Source: Pseudomonadota bacterium
GTDB lineage: Bacteria; Pseudomonadota; Gammaproteobacteria; Burkholderiales; REEB80
Length of the DNA stretch: 64,000 nucleotides
Assembly (NCBI GenBank): GCA_018971485.1
Contig: JAGXAQ010000002.1
Coordinates: 249,122-313,121 of the forward strand
Direction: 5' to 3'
The translations under genes and the position numbers were made by a program. The notes beneath the pieces are model-generated. The model was not told the origin of the DNA. It did not search any database and saw only the letters and a list, made by a program, of their open reading frames with translations. Numbering within the stretch: the first letter of the stretch is position 1; each line of letters begins with the position of its first letter. Below, in pieces: positions 39,355 to 50,256 of this stretch.

Positions 39355-41052
39355 TCAAGGGTGCTGACGATCCTTCATGCTCTGAAAACGCTTGCAACTG
39401 ACAGGATTGCCTAACCTGCATCCTTGTCCATAAGCCTGTCTCGACTGTACAAGGGCACCTTTTTTTTCTAAACAAAGCCCCATACCCACCCATGACTGAG
39501 ACAGCGTGGGATCAAAATGCAATGCCTGATGAAAATCATGTTCAGCCTGACCAAAATGGCCCATAGCATAATATGTATTGGCAAGATTATTCCAGGCAGC
39601 AGCATAATCTGGCCTAAAATGAATAGCTAACTCATAATCCTTACGCGCAAGCATGTATTGTTTTAACATCAGTTCAGCATTTCCACGATTATAATAAATA
39701 CGTTCCATTCCGGGTAATGCCGGCCCTCTCTCTGCCAACTTCGCAGCATCATCCCATGCCAAATAGGCTGATGACAGACTGACCAACCTATCAATTGCAA
39801 GCGGCATGGAAACCAAAACAAGCAGGAATGATAACCCTAAAACCCGGCGAGCGGAAAATTGGCTGGCCAACCAAGGCAGTGCAGCTGGGAGAGCAAACAT
39901 CCACAAGTAGCTTCGGTACAGAACAAATATATCCTGCACCCGAACAACCGAAAATTCTGTAAAGAAAAGGATCCAGGGCACAAGCATTGCCAAACCCAGC
40001 AGGCCCTTTTCTCCCTTTTTTATAATCAGGCAAAATCCGATAATACCATAAACCAGATAGCCTACCGCCCCAAGAAGGTAAACCGGATTCAACACATTCA
40101 TGTCAATCGGCAGGTACATATCGATTGACATCCAGGCTGTTATCGGAAGAAGCCACAATCCAAGATACTTGAAAAACAAGGTAGCTTGAGTCAGTCGGCT
40201 GAGTAAAAGGATATGCTTCAACTCAAACCCGACATGCATCTCTTTGATTCTAGCTAACAGGCTATGGGCATCAAATTCATAACTATGATCAATGATTCCT
40301 GAGTGTAAAACGGCCCAATAGGCATAAATACTGGCCAACCCAGCCAGAAACAAAGGAAAAACGGAACGCCGCCATGATGCGGTATCAAATCTGCATAAAA
40401 CCAAAAGCTGCAACATCAGCACAGCTGGAAGCATTACTGCCAACTCTTTACACAAGATCGAAAGCCAACAAAACAGAGCAGCAGCATATAACAGGAGCGG
40501 ACGCTTGGCCGTAATTCCTTTAACCCAGGCCAAAAGGCTCATCAAGGCAAACATGGTCGCCATCAAAATGGTACGTTCAACCAGATACCCGGCACCATAA
40601 ACTGCGACCGGGCTTGCCACAAACCATAATGCTCCTGCCAAGGAAAACCAAACCGGGACAGCTTGCTGCCCAACCCGCTCAGGGAGTTGCCCAAACAGGT
40701 GCTTCAACCAAAAGTACAGCAGGACACCATTCAACGTATGAATGGCAAGACTTTCAATCCTAAGTGGTACCAGATAAGGACCCACCCAGCCCAACGTATC
40801 ACTTAATGTCGCATAAGGAATTGCCCTTAAGGAAAAAACCCGCCATGTAGAAAAGTACTGATGCCAGCTCTGGGCATTAAAAAAATTGAAATCATCAAAC
40901 TGGAGGGGATTATGCAGAAACGGTACATAAATCAGGCAAGCAACTAAAACAATTAACGATACCAGCCAGCGATCCGGTGGCGCCACCGAAAAATCAATCT
41001 GCCTTTTACCCCACCCATTCTGTTTACCTGTATTCTGGCCGCCCTGACGCAT
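39355..41052 (-). CDS. GT-C fold membrane glycosyltransferase with C-terminal TPR repeats (TMTC/TfpW-like)
   Basis: N-terminal TM followed by the acidic QFDD motif, many TM segments, YLVERT and LCKE motifs. TPRs at YYNRGNAE, AWNNLANTY, SWVGMG. Confidence 0.72.
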   Translation of the reverse strand: MRQGGQNTGKQNGWGKRQIDFSVAPPDRWLVSLIVLVACLIYVPFLHNPLQFDDFNFFNAQSWHQYFSTWRVFSLRAIPYATLSDTLGWVGPYLVPLRIESLAIHTLNGVLLYFWLKHLFGQLPERVGQQAVPVWFSLAGALWFVASPVAVYGAGYLVERTILMATMFALMSLLAWVKGITAKRPLLLYAAALFCWLSILCKELAVMLPAVLMLQLLVLCRFDTASWRRSVFPLFLAGLASIYAYWAVLHSGIIDHSYEFDAHSLLARIKEMHVGFELKHILLLSRLTQATLFFKYLGLWLLPITAWMSIDMYLPIDMNVLNPVYLLGAVGYLVYGIIGFCLIIKKGEKGLLGLAMLVPWILFFTEFSVVRVQDIFVLYRSYLWMFALPAALPWLASQFSARRVLGLSFLLVLVSMPLAIDRLVSLSSAYLAWDDAAKLAERGPALPGMERIYYNRGNAELMLKQYMLARKDYELAIHFRPDYAAAWNNLANTYYAMGHFGQAEHDFHQALHFDPTLSQSWVGMGLCLEKKGALVQSRQAYGQGCRLGNPVSCKRFQSMKDRQHP

Positions 41053-41229
41053 CAGTTTAAATCCAGAACAATTGCACTATAATATCCATCCGCCACCAAA
41101 TCAGTCTTCACCTTATTATTCTTAACAATCTGCTTTCAACTCCTGCTGCCCTGTTATATGCTTTCATGACTGAAGCGTCAAGTCAGCGCGGAATTCATGT
41201 CTTGGGACAGGAACCTGAATCTTACTAAC

Positions 41230-41655
41230 ATGCGCCCTTTCAAATTTTATATTGATTCTGATTCTGAACCTGAATCAGTCCTGAAGAAGGCCCAGTTCCT
41301 TAGCAATCTGGATCAGGTATGGAAAGAAATTGCGCCAGGACGGCTACAACCAATCCGAGTCAGCCATATCAAGGACAATGAACTTTTTCTTATCTCGCCC
41401 AACGGATATCTTGCAACCTACGCCAGACATCAAGCCCCTTCTATTCTGGAAGCCTTTATGATAAAGGGCTACCGCTTTAAGAATATGGTTGTTATCGTCA
41501 GGCCTAATCAGGATATCAGCCAGAGAAGAAGTAAAACCCGAGGAAATATTCCGGAAAAAGCACTTGTAGCGATAGATGCGCTTAACAATACCCTCAAAGA
41601 GGGTGAATTAAAATCTGCCCTCACGCGTCTACTCAAGCAGCATAAAAAGCATTAG
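41230..41655 (+). CDS. DciA (DUF721) family protein, probable replicative helicase loader
   Basis: Size, position and orientation opposite lpxC; W-x-x-I...L-x-L pattern and the C-terminal LKSALTRL. Confidence 0.6.
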   Translation: MRPFKFYIDSDSEPESVLKKAQFLSNLDQVWKEIAPGRLQPIRVSHIKDNELFLISPNGYLATYARHQAPSILEAFMIKGYRFKNMVVIVRPNQDISQRRSKTRGNIPEKALVAIDALNNTLKEGELKSALTRLLKQHKKH

Positions 41656-42572
41656 GACCAGGCAGGTTGCCCGACTAGACGCAGCATATAAGCTGGAACT
41701 TCTTCTGCCTTAGCAAAAGAAACATATTCCCAGGCACGACTATCTTCCAATAAGACGCGCAGAAGCTGGTTATTCAGCGCATGGCCTGAGCGATAGGCTG
41801 TGAATGCCCCAATAAGAGGGTGACCTAGAAGATACAGATCACCAATTGCATCCAAAGCCTTATGACGGACAAATTCATCGGGATAACGCAGACCATCCGT
41901 ATTCAACATCCGGAAATCGTCCATGACAATAGCATTGTCCAGGCTTCCTCCGAGAGCCAGTCCCTGCGAGCGCAGCTTTTCAACATCCTGCATAAAACCG
42001 AATGTTCGCGCCCGGGCAACCTCGCGTGGAAATGAGGTCATAGCAAAATCTATCATGACCTGCTGAACAGTCTGCTCTATCACAGGATGGCTAAATGCGA
42101 TCCTGAAATCAAGACGAAAACCATCAAAGGGGGCAAGCTCAACCCATTTCCCTTCTTCTTCAATACGAAGATGCTTCTTAATACGGATAAAACGCTTAGG
42201 GGCAGACTGCTCCTGAATGCCAGCAGACTGGATCAGAAAAACAAAAGGGGTAGCACTTCCGTCCATAATCGGTACTTCAGGCCCAGAAAGATCAACATAA
42301 ACGTTATCAACCCCCAGACCAGCAAATGCAGCCATCAAATGTTCAACCGTTGCAATGCGGGTACCGGCATGTTCAATAGTGGAACAAAGACGCGTATCTC
42401 CAACTGCAGTCGCGGCAGCCTTGATACGGGGCAAATGAGGAAGATCCGTCCGACAGAACACAATACCAGTATTTGGCGCAGCGGGGCGCAGTGTCAACAG
42501 AACCTTGTCCCCTGTGTGCAATCCAATCCCAGTAGCACTGACCGTATTCTTCAGTGTACGTTGTTTAATCAT
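41652..42572 (-). CDS. lpxC: UDP-3-O-acyl-N-acetylglucosamine deacetylase
   Basis: [31 protein letters not shown]. Confidence 0.98.
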   Translation of the reverse strand: MIKQRTLKNTVSATGIGLHTGDKVLLTLRPAAPNTGIVFCRTDLPHLPRIKAAATAVGDTRLCSTIEHAGTRIATVEHLMAAFAGLGVDNVYVDLSGPEVPIMDGSATPFVFLIQSAGIQEQSAPKRFIRIKKHLRIEEEGKWVELAPFDGFRLDFRIAFSHPVIEQTVQQVMIDFAMTSFPREVARARTFGFMQDVEKLRSQGLALGGSLDNAIVMDDFRMLNTDGLRYPDEFVRHKALDAIGDLYLLGHPLIGAFTAYRSGHALNNQLLRVLLEDSRAWEYVSFAKAEEVPAYMLRLVGQPAWS

Positions 42573-42755
42573 ACTACACCTCCTCATTGCTACCTCGAAT
42601 ATCGACTCCAATCAGCGTAAAAACCGTTACTCAAGCTTCATATTACGCTCTTCCCCGACAACAAGAGCTGGCATAATCATTTTTACGCCAAATCAATACA
42701 CTAGCGGCGGGTTATTCTAGCACATTCTAAACACATAAGTCATCTCGCTTCATTC

Positions 42756-43913
42756 CTAGTCAGCCTGTTTGCGCAAGAAGGCCGGAATATCAAACATATC
42801 CACCCCGGACTGACGCAATGCTTCAACCTGCTGGCCGCGCTTACGTCGAATCACGGCCGGCTGATCTCCCATACCCACGGTCATGGATTGCTCTGATATC
42901 ACCATATGATCCGTACCAGTCTTGATAACCGTTAAGGGCTTGCTTTGGCTTCGTGCCAAAGGGGAACCCAGCCCTGTCGCAACCATGGTGACACGAAGAG
43001 CATCACCCATGCTGTCATCAATTACATTTCCAACAAAGACCTGCACTTCATCGGCAGTAAACCCTTTAATGATGCCCATAACATCATACACTTCCTTGAT
43101 TTTTATAGAAGAACTTGCCGTTACATTGACCAGAACACCTCTGGCTCCTGACAGATTGATGTCTTCCAGTAACGGGCTGGCGGCCGCCTGTTCTGCCGCT
43201 ATCTTGGCGCGCTGGGGTCCAGATGCCATCGCTGAGCCCATCATGGCCATCCCCATTTCAGACATGACAGCTTTAACGTCAGCAAAATCCACGTTAACCA
43301 GGCCTGGGCAATTAATTACCTCAGCTATTCCGCCAACTGCACCATGCAACACATTGTTAGCAGCCTTATAAGCGTCAAGCAGGGTAACATCATCACCCAG
43401 AACCTGCATCAATTTCTCATTCGGAACAATAATGAGGGAATCAACATGGCTAGCCAAAGCTTCAATACCAGCCTGGGCTATCTTGGCTCTCTTTCCTTCA
43501 AACATGAAAGGCTTTGTCACAACCGCGACAGTTAGGATACCGAGATCCTTAGCCACTTCAGCAATAACGGGGGCGGCGCCTGTTCCTGTTCCTCCTCCCA
43601 TGCCAGCCGTGACAAAAAGCATGTCGGCCCCTTCTATCAATTCAACAATCCGATCCTTATCCTCCAAAGCTGCATTGCGGCCTACTTCCGGATTTGCGCC
43701 AGCACCGAGTCCACGCGTCAAATCAGCACCAAGCTGTATTTTAACATCTGCACTTGACTGTTTTAAGGCCTGGGAGTCTGTATTGGCAACAATGAATTCT
43801 ACCCCGGCAACCCCTTGATTAATCATATGCTCAACAGCATTACCTCCACATCCACCTACACCAATAACCTTAATAACCGCTTCTTGCGTCTGTGCACTTA
43901 AAATTTCAAACAT
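42756..43913 (-). CDS. ftsZ: Cell division protein FtsZ
   Basis: GGGTGTG tubulin signature; C-terminal DIPAFLRKQAD. Confidence 0.99.
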   Translation of the reverse strand: MFEILSAQTQEAVIKVIGVGGCGGNAVEHMINQGVAGVEFIVANTDSQALKQSSADVKIQLGADLTRGLGAGANPEVGRNAALEDKDRIVELIEGADMLFVTAGMGGGTGTGAAPVIAEVAKDLGILTVAVVTKPFMFEGKRAKIAQAGIEALASHVDSLIIVPNEKLMQVLGDDVTLLDAYKAANNVLHGAVGGIAEVINCPGLVNVDFADVKAVMSEMGMAMMGSAMASGPQRAKIAAEQAAASPLLEDINLSGARGVLVNVTASSSIKIKEVYDVMGIIKGFTADEVQVFVGNVIDDSMGDALRVTMVATGLGSPLARSQSKPLTVIKTGTDHMVISEQSMTVGMGDQPAVIRRKRGQQVEALRQSGVDMFDIPAFLRKQAD

Positions 43914-43970
43914 ATGAACCTCCTTGTTTTTTCAATAACCATAACCCAGGAAAAACCTTCCCTTACTGAT

Positions 43971-45209
43971 TCAGAAATTTCCCTGAAACCAGCTTTTCAT
44001 TCTTTCAACTACCTGTTTTACTGAAGAAATATTAATCTTCTCAACATGAAACCTTTCCTGCTGCTCAGAACCTGCCAATAACAGCCCTACCGCTGTGGCA
44101 TATCTTGGATTACGAACCACCTCCGATAAGCCACCAACATATTGAGGCAGTCCCAACCTGACTGGCATATGAAACACCTCCTCACCCAGTTCCACCATCC
44201 CCTGCATACAACTGCTTCCTCCCGTCAAAACAACCCCTGATGACAACAATTCCTCATAACCACTTCTACGTAATTCAGCCTGGACCAGCGAATAAAGCTC
44301 CTCTACCCTTGGCTCAATCACTTCGGCCAGGGTTTGCCGTGATAATTGGCGGGCTTCACGTTCGCCTACCCCAGGAACCTCTACAATCTCGCTTTCACTC
44401 GCCATCTGTCGTAACGCACAACCAAAATCACGCTTGATGTCTTCAGCATCCTTGGTTGGGGTTCTCAATGCCATGGCGATATCATTCGTAATCTGATCTC
44501 CTGCTATCGGAATCACAGCCGTATGCCTAATCGCACCATGCGTGTATACGGCAATATCCGTGGTTCCCCCTCCGATATCGACCAGACAGACGCCCAATTC
44601 CCGCTCATCATCAGTTAATACAGCCTGACTTGAAGCCAACGGTTGCAAAATCAGGTCAGCCACTTCAAGCCCACACCTCATCACACACTTTATAATGTTT
44701 TGCACTGAAGACACCGCTCCAGTCACAATGTGAGTCTTCACCTCTAGCCTAACGCCACTCATACCAAGAGGTTCACGCACATCCTCCTGCCCATCTATAA
44801 TGAATTCTTGAGTCAGGATATGCAGGATCTGCTGGTCCATCGGAATAGAAATGGCCCTCGCGGTTTCAATAACCCGATCAACATCAGTCTGACTCACTTC
44901 CTTATCCTTGATTGCGACCATTCCGTGTGAGTTAATACTTCGAATATGACTACCTGCAATTCCGGTATACACTTTTCGTATCTTGCAATCCGCCATGAGC
45001 TCAGCTTCTTCCAGCGCTCTTTGTATGGCTGCGACAGTCGATTCAATATTAACCACTACCCCCTTCTTAAGTCCGCGCGAGGCATGACTACCCATACCAA
45101 CAATCTCAAGCCTGCCGTTTTCACCCACTTCAGCTACAATTGCCACAATTTTGGATGTTCCAATATCCAGGCCGACCACCAGATTTTTCTGATCCCTCAC
45201 CTTACCCAT
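43971..45209 (-). CDS. ftsA: Cell division protein FtsA
   Basis: GLDIGTSK, DIGGGTTD, VLTGG, C-terminal amphipathic helix. Confidence 0.98.
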   Translation of the reverse strand: MGKVRDQKNLVVGLDIGTSKIVAIVAEVGENGRLEIVGMGSHASRGLKKGVVVNIESTVAAIQRALEEAELMADCKIRKVYTGIAGSHIRSINSHGMVAIKDKEVSQTDVDRVIETARAISIPMDQQILHILTQEFIIDGQEDVREPLGMSGVRLEVKTHIVTGAVSSVQNIIKCVMRCGLEVADLILQPLASSQAVLTDDERELGVCLVDIGGGTTDIAVYTHGAIRHTAVIPIAGDQITNDIAMALRTPTKDAEDIKRDFGCALRQMASESEIVEVPGVGEREARQLSRQTLAEVIEPRVEELYSLVQAELRRSGYEELLSSGVVLTGGSSCMQGMVELGEEVFHMPVRLGLPQYVGGLSEVVRNPRYATAVGLLLAGSEQQERFHVEKINISSVKQVVERMKSWFQGNF

Positions 45210-45954
45210 TTTTTTTCTCCAATAGCGCCTGATCTGTGCTGGCTTGTTTTTTCGCTTTAGAAGGAAGATGCATTGCAAACCCATTTGAATATCTTAAATC
45301 CACGTAAGTGGGCATAACTGCCAAACGGGCCAGTGTTTCAGGGTAAACATCTACAAATCGTTTTAACCTTTGCTCATCAGCCTGCTGCCCTAGCTTGAGT
45401 AACAGCCCGTTATTCAACCTGATTGTCCAAGACATCCTTTGGCTCAGGCTCAATTCCTTTACCTTGAGCCCCAGTGGAGCTAAAAGTCTTGTATAGACTT
45501 GATCATGCTCCAGCATGATCACTGAACTATCGGCAGGCCCATCAAATTTTGGTAGCAATGCATCATTTGACTGTCCAGAAAATATCTCTCCTTTGTCATC
45601 TAGCAGTGCATTTTTACCCCACCGGGCAAAAGCTATATGTTCTCCAAGTTTTATATTGACAGCTTCTGGCCATGCTCGAGTCACACTTACTGTGGCAACC
45701 CACGGCAAACGGGAAAAGGCATCTCGCAGACGATCAATATCAAGCGTAATCAGGTTTCCTCGCAGCCCTTGAGCAATCACCTGCTGCAACTCGTTTTGTT
45801 TCAGATGTTGAAGATCACCTGAAATACGGACATCGCGAATGGCGAAAATCGACCACCCCGGAATTCTTAACGCCATGGAAAAAGCAATAATACCGACTGA
45901 TACCGTCAGCAGAATGTTGGCAACAATAATCTGGATACGGGGTTCAGCCCACAT
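45202..45954 (-). CDS. ftsQ: Cell division protein FtsQ
   Basis: TM segment, POTRA domain (LPWVATVSVTRAWP), YVDLRYSNGFA. Confidence 0.92.
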   Translation of the reverse strand: MWAEPRIQIIVANILLTVSVGIIAFSMALRIPGWSIFAIRDVRISGDLQHLKQNELQQVIAQGLRGNLITLDIDRLRDAFSRLPWVATVSVTRAWPEAVNIKLGEHIAFARWGKNALLDDKGEIFSGQSNDALLPKFDGPADSSVIMLEHDQVYTRLLAPLGLKVKELSLSQRMSWTIRLNNGLLLKLGQQADEQRLKRFVDVYPETLARLAVMPTYVDLRYSNGFAMHLPSKAKKQASTDQALLEKKNG

Positions 45955-46873
45955 GTGCACTCTCCAGAATCTCCAGAACCAATTCATCAAAGCTCATGCC
46001 AACTGCCCGAGCAGCCATTGGCACCAAGCTATGATCAGTCATACCCGGAACAGTATTCATTTCAAGAAAATAGATATTCTTCTGACCATCAAGCATAAGA
46101 TCAAGCCGTCCCCAGCCTTCACAGCCCAGAACATCAAAAGCTTTTATAGCTAGTGACTGGATACTCTTTTCCAAATTCTCATCTAAACCGCACGGGCAAA
46201 TATAACGCGTAGTATCGGCCAGATACTTGGCTTCATAGTCATAAAAACTACGGGGTGTTTCAAGACGAATCAGAGGAAAAGCCCGGCGATTGACCACTGC
46301 CACAGTCAATTCCATGCCAGATATAAACCGTTCGGCCATCACCTGGGTATCACGCTCATAAGCTTTTCTCCAGGCCATCTCCAAATCCTGCATCCGTTCA
46401 ACCTTGCTCATACCAATACTGGATCCTTCACGGACTGGTTTGATCATTAGAGGCAATCCAAGGTGGCGAGGTACTTCATCCCAGCTTGTAGAAGAGTTCA
46501 ACATGACATAGTCGGCCACCGGAATATCTTCTTCCTGCCAGACAATCTTTGTCCTCCATTTATCCATGCATAATGCGGAAGCCAAAACTCCACTACCGGT
46601 ATAAGGCAAACCAAGTAATTCAAGTGCACCCTGTATGCATCCGTCCTCTCCCCACCTGCCATGCAATGCAATAAAAACCCGCTCAAACCCTCGTTCATTC
46701 AAAGCTGATAAAGGTTGCTCTGCCGGATCAAACAATTCAGCATCAATCCCTTGCCGCAGCAAAGCTTCATAAACCATACGGCCGCTCTTCAAGGATACAT
46801 CCCGCTCATTGGACCTCCCTCCCAGGAGAACACCTACCTTGCCGAAAGCTAATCCACCCTTAATTTTCTTCAT
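45944..46873 (-). CDS. ddl: D-alanine--D-alanine ligase
   Basis: GGRSNERDVSL, LHGRWGEDG, EGSSIG, YDYEAKY, EMNTVPGMT. Confidence 0.97.
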   Translation of the reverse strand: MKKIKGGLAFGKVGVLLGGRSNERDVSLKSGRMVYEALLRQGIDAELFDPAEQPLSALNERGFERVFIALHGRWGEDGCIQGALELLGLPYTGSGVLASALCMDKWRTKIVWQEEDIPVADYVMLNSSTSWDEVPRHLGLPLMIKPVREGSSIGMSKVERMQDLEMAWRKAYERDTQVMAERFISGMELTVAVVNRRAFPLIRLETPRSFYDYEAKYLADTTRYICPCGLDENLEKSIQSLAIKAFDVLGCEGWGRLDLMLDGQKNIYFLEMNTVPGMTDHSLVPMAARAVGMSFDELVLEILESAHVG

Positions 46874-47781
46874 GTTGCCCCAACTCCAATAATCCTGACT
46901 TCACGCACCAGCCTTATCCCAAACTGCTTCAAAACCTTTTCTTCCATCAGCCCTATAAGGGCCTCAATATCTGCCGCTGTTGCGTCTCCTTTGTTAATGA
47001 TGAAATTAGCGTGTTTACAAGAAACCTGTGCCCCTCCTATCTCGTACCCCTTTAACCCGCAAGCTTCAATAAGACGTGCAGCATAATCTCCTGGCGGATT
47101 GCGAAACACACTGCCCGCATTAGGAAAATCCAAGGGTTGGGTCTTGATCCGCTTCGCCAACAATTCTCGTATTTCCTGGCGACTTTTCTCAGAATCTCCC
47201 TCAACCAGCATTACCACTACGCCAGTAAACCATTCCTCATCCGAAAACAGTGACTGGACTGAACGGTAACCAACCTCAAAAGCAGATTTATCACGACGCT
47301 GCAATTGTCCCTGTCTATTAATGGTTTCCACCTCGGAAACAATTTCCCACATCTGACTTCCAAAACAACCCGCATTCATTGCCAGTGCGCCACCTACCGT
47401 GCCAGGTATTCCAGCCAGAAACGCTGCTCCGGACAAACCCTGTTTTGCACAAAACCGTGCCATTTTTGGGCTAGCCACACCAGCCTGGGCATAAACCCTT
47501 CCATATCCCCCCGGTGCATCCGGTAATCTCTTAACTTCTCCAACTGATGGATGCATAGAAATAATCGTTGCATCTATCCCCCCATCCCTAACCAGCAGAT
47601 TGCTGCCTAAACCCAGCATCCAGATCGCTTCATTACTGGGAAGATGCCTTAAAAATATAGACAAATCGGCCAAATCAGCCGGTTCATATACTCTTCTGGC
47701 TACTCCCCCAGCACGCCAGCTGACATAACGCGACATGGACACATCATGTTCTAGGCGGCCCCGCAAAGACACTTCAGCCAT
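46870..47781 (-). CDS. murB: UDP-N-acetylenolpyruvoylglucosamine reductase
   Basis: [43 protein letters not shown]. Confidence 0.96.
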   Translation of the reverse strand: MAEVSLRGRLEHDVSMSRYVSWRAGGVARRVYEPADLADLSIFLRHLPSNEAIWMLGLGSNLLVRDGGIDATIISMHPSVGEVKRLPDAPGGYGRVYAQAGVASPKMARFCAKQGLSGAAFLAGIPGTVGGALAMNAGCFGSQMWEIVSEVETINRQGQLQRRDKSAFEVGYRSVQSLFSDEEWFTGVVVMLVEGDSEKSRQEIRELLAKRIKTQPLDFPNAGSVFRNPPGDYAARLIEACGLKGYEIGGAQVSCKHANFIINKGDATAADIEALIGLMEEKVLKQFGIRLVREVRIIGVGAT

Positions 47782-49171
47782 TAGACATCTCCATTATCTT
47801 TGCAGCTGTATGGCCAATTGATCCGGCTCCCATGGTTAACACGACATCCCCTGGCCGGGCTATCTGTAAAATTGCATCTGGCATACTTTCAATCTGCTCA
47901 ACAAAGATTGGCTCAAGCTTTCCAGCCACACGGATCGCCCGGGATAATGCACGACCGTCTGCCGCCTGAATGGGGATCTCTCCAGCTGCATAGACTTCAG
48001 CCAAAAGCAAAGCATCTACCGAAGATAGAATCCGAACAAAATCTTCAAACAGATCGCGGGTTCTTGTGTAGCGATGGGGCTGAAAAGCAAGCACTAACCG
48101 TCTATCAGGAAAAGCTGACCTTACGGCGGCCAAAGTAGCAGTCATCTCAACAGGGTGATGCCCATAATCATCTACAAGTAAAAAAGCCCCGTTTGCTATA
48201 TTTACTTCCCCGTAATTCTGGAAACGCCTGCCAACCCCCCCAAACCCGGCCAGTGCCCGCTTAATATCATCATCACAAACCCCCACTTCCTGGGCCACAC
48301 AGATTGCTGCCAGAGCGTTAGACACATTATGTAAGCCAGGTAAATTCAAGGTTATTTCCATTGGATTCTGTTTCTCTTTCAAGGAGCGAAGCACCTTAAA
48401 CTGCATTTTTCCACCTTCATGTCGCACATCAACTGCTTGAACCTGCACCCCCTCGCTTAACCCATAAGTAATAATCGGTCGTGACACATACGGGATAATG
48501 TCCCGTACCTGGGCATCATCTCCACACAGTATGGCTAAGCCATAAAAGGGCAGGTGCGTCAAAAAATCAATAAAGGCCTGTTTAAGCCTGCCCATGTCAT
48601 GGCCATAGGTATCCATATGATCGGCATCGATATTTGTTACTACTGCCAACTCCGGGTTAAGGTGCAAAAAAGAAGCATCTGACTCATCTGCCTCAGCAAC
48701 CAATAACTCACCTGCTCCAAGCCTCGCATTGGCTCCGGCCTGATTGAGGCGCCCACCAATCACAAAAGTCGGATCCAGTCCTCCTTCCGCAAGGATACTA
48801 GCCACAAGACTGGTAGTAGTTGTCTTACCATGTGTTCCAGCAACAGCAATCCCTCTGCGAAACCGCATAATCTCAGCCAACATCTGGGCACGTGGCACAA
48901 CAGGGATATGGGCAGCTCTAGCAGCTACGATTTCCGGATTGCTTTCATCAACAGCTGTAGAAACCACAACCACATCAGCATCTGTTATATGTTCCTGTGA
49001 GTGGCCCAGATAAACACATGCACCCAGAGTTGATAAATGCCGGGTAGCCGGACTGTCCACAAGGTCAGAACCTGACACTTCAAAGCCAAGGTTCACAATC
49101 ACTTCGGCGATGCCGCTCATTCCAGCACCCCCAACGCCTACAAAATGGACCCGTCTGACTTTGTGTCTCAC
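47774..49171 (-). CDS. murC: UDP-N-acetylmuramate--L-alanine ligase
   Basis: [41 protein letters not shown]. Confidence 0.98.
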   Translation of the reverse strand: MRHKVRRVHFVGVGGAGMSGIAEVIVNLGFEVSGSDLVDSPATRHLSTLGACVYLGHSQEHITDADVVVVSTAVDESNPEIVAARAAHIPVVPRAQMLAEIMRFRRGIAVAGTHGKTTTTSLVASILAEGGLDPTFVIGGRLNQAGANARLGAGELLVAEADESDASFLHLNPELAVVTNIDADHMDTYGHDMGRLKQAFIDFLTHLPFYGLAILCGDDAQVRDIIPYVSRPIITYGLSEGVQVQAVDVRHEGGKMQFKVLRSLKEKQNPMEITLNLPGLHNVSNALAAICVAQEVGVCDDDIKRALAGFGGVGRRFQNYGEVNIANGAFLLVDDYGHHPVEMTATLAAVRSAFPDRRLVLAFQPHRYTRTRDLFEDFVRILSSVDALLLAEVYAAGEIPIQAADGRALSRAIRVAGKLEPIFVEQIESMPDAILQIARPGDVVLTMGAGSIGHTAAKIMEMSNG

Positions 49172-50256
49172 GAATACACCCCATCTACCAAATGAATGCA
49201 TGCTTTGGCTATATGCTTAACCGCATCTGGTCGAGCTAGTTTTCTCGCCAGAATAGCCATATGCTTTAAGTTTTCACGCGTCATGGATTCAATAAGTTCT
49301 GCCAGCCCTGCAGGAGTTAACCCCTTCTGGTCTAGAATCAGCGCTGCTCCTTTATCTGACAGGTAGCGAGCGTTAGCGGTTTGATGATCATCAACAGCAT
49401 AAGGATAAGGCACCAATAAACCAGCTACTCCTGCAGCCGCCAATTCAGCAACAGTAAGTGCCCCAGAGCGGCAAATCACCAGATCCGCGAAGGCATAGGC
49501 TTCAGCCATATTCTCAATAAAAGGAACAACTTCAGCCTCAATTGCTGCCTGCCGATACTGTAATCTGACCTGTTCATAATCTAATTTTCCAGTCTGATGG
49601 CATATCCTTGGCCTTCCTGTTTCTGCAAGCAATGCCATAGCCTGAGGCATAAGTTCATTCAGTGCCCTAGCTCCAAGACTGCCCCCTACAACAAGGATAT
49701 TGAGTGCTCCTGTTCGTAAAGCGTATCGCTCGACAGGCTCTCCCAGCTTCAAAATTTCATTCCGTACAGGATTACCCGTTACTTCGATTTTATTCCGGGG
49801 CCCATGCAGGGCATTGGGATAACCAAGCAGAACCCTGTCAGCCCATTTCGAACAGACCCGGTTAACCATCCCCGCTATGGCATTTTGTTCATGTATTATC
49901 AAAGGGCAACGTAAAAACAAAGCTGCCAATCCGCCCGGGAATGAAACATACCCACCCATACCTAGAACAACATGGGGTCTTTCGCGAAAAATCAGCATCA
50001 CACAAACCAGTAATGATGTAATTAAGCGCCAAGGCAGCATAATCAGGTGTGAAACTCCTTTACCGCGTAACCCGGCAAATTTAATCCAAAAAATGGGGTA
50101 GCCGGCCTGGGGTATCAGTCTGGCCTCAATCCCTTTAAGACTTCCCAACCAAATAATTCTCCAACCCTCCTGTTTCAGGGCATCTGCAATGGCGAGCGCC
50201 GGAAAAACATGCCCCCCTGTTCCACCGGCCATAATCAGAATTGTTCGGCTTGTCAT
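49168..50256 (-). CDS. murG: Undecaprenyl-PP-MurNAc-pentapeptide GlcNAc transferase
   Basis: [32 protein letters not shown]. Confidence 0.98.
   Translation of the reverse strand: MTSRTILIMAGGTGGHVFPALAIADALKQEGWRIIWLGSLKGIEARLIPQAGYPIFWIKFAGLRGKGVSHLIMLPWRLITSLLVCVMLIFRERPHVVLGMGGYVSFPGGLAALFLRCPLIIHEQNAIAGMVNRVCSKWADRVLLGYPNALHGPRNKIEVTGNPVRNEILKLGEPVERYALRTGALNILVVGGSLGARALNELMPQAMALLAETGRPRICHQTGKLDYEQVRLQYRQAAIEAEVVPFIENMAEAYAFADLVICRSGALTVAELAAAGVAGLLVPYPYAVDDHQTANARYLSDKGAALILDQKGLTPAGLAELIESMTRENLKHMAILARKLARPDAVKHIAKACIHLVDGVYS

Noticed and set aside
46870-47781. murB inside the dcw cluster
   Set aside because: It differs from E. coli, but murC-murB-ddl is a common arrangement in many Proteobacteria.
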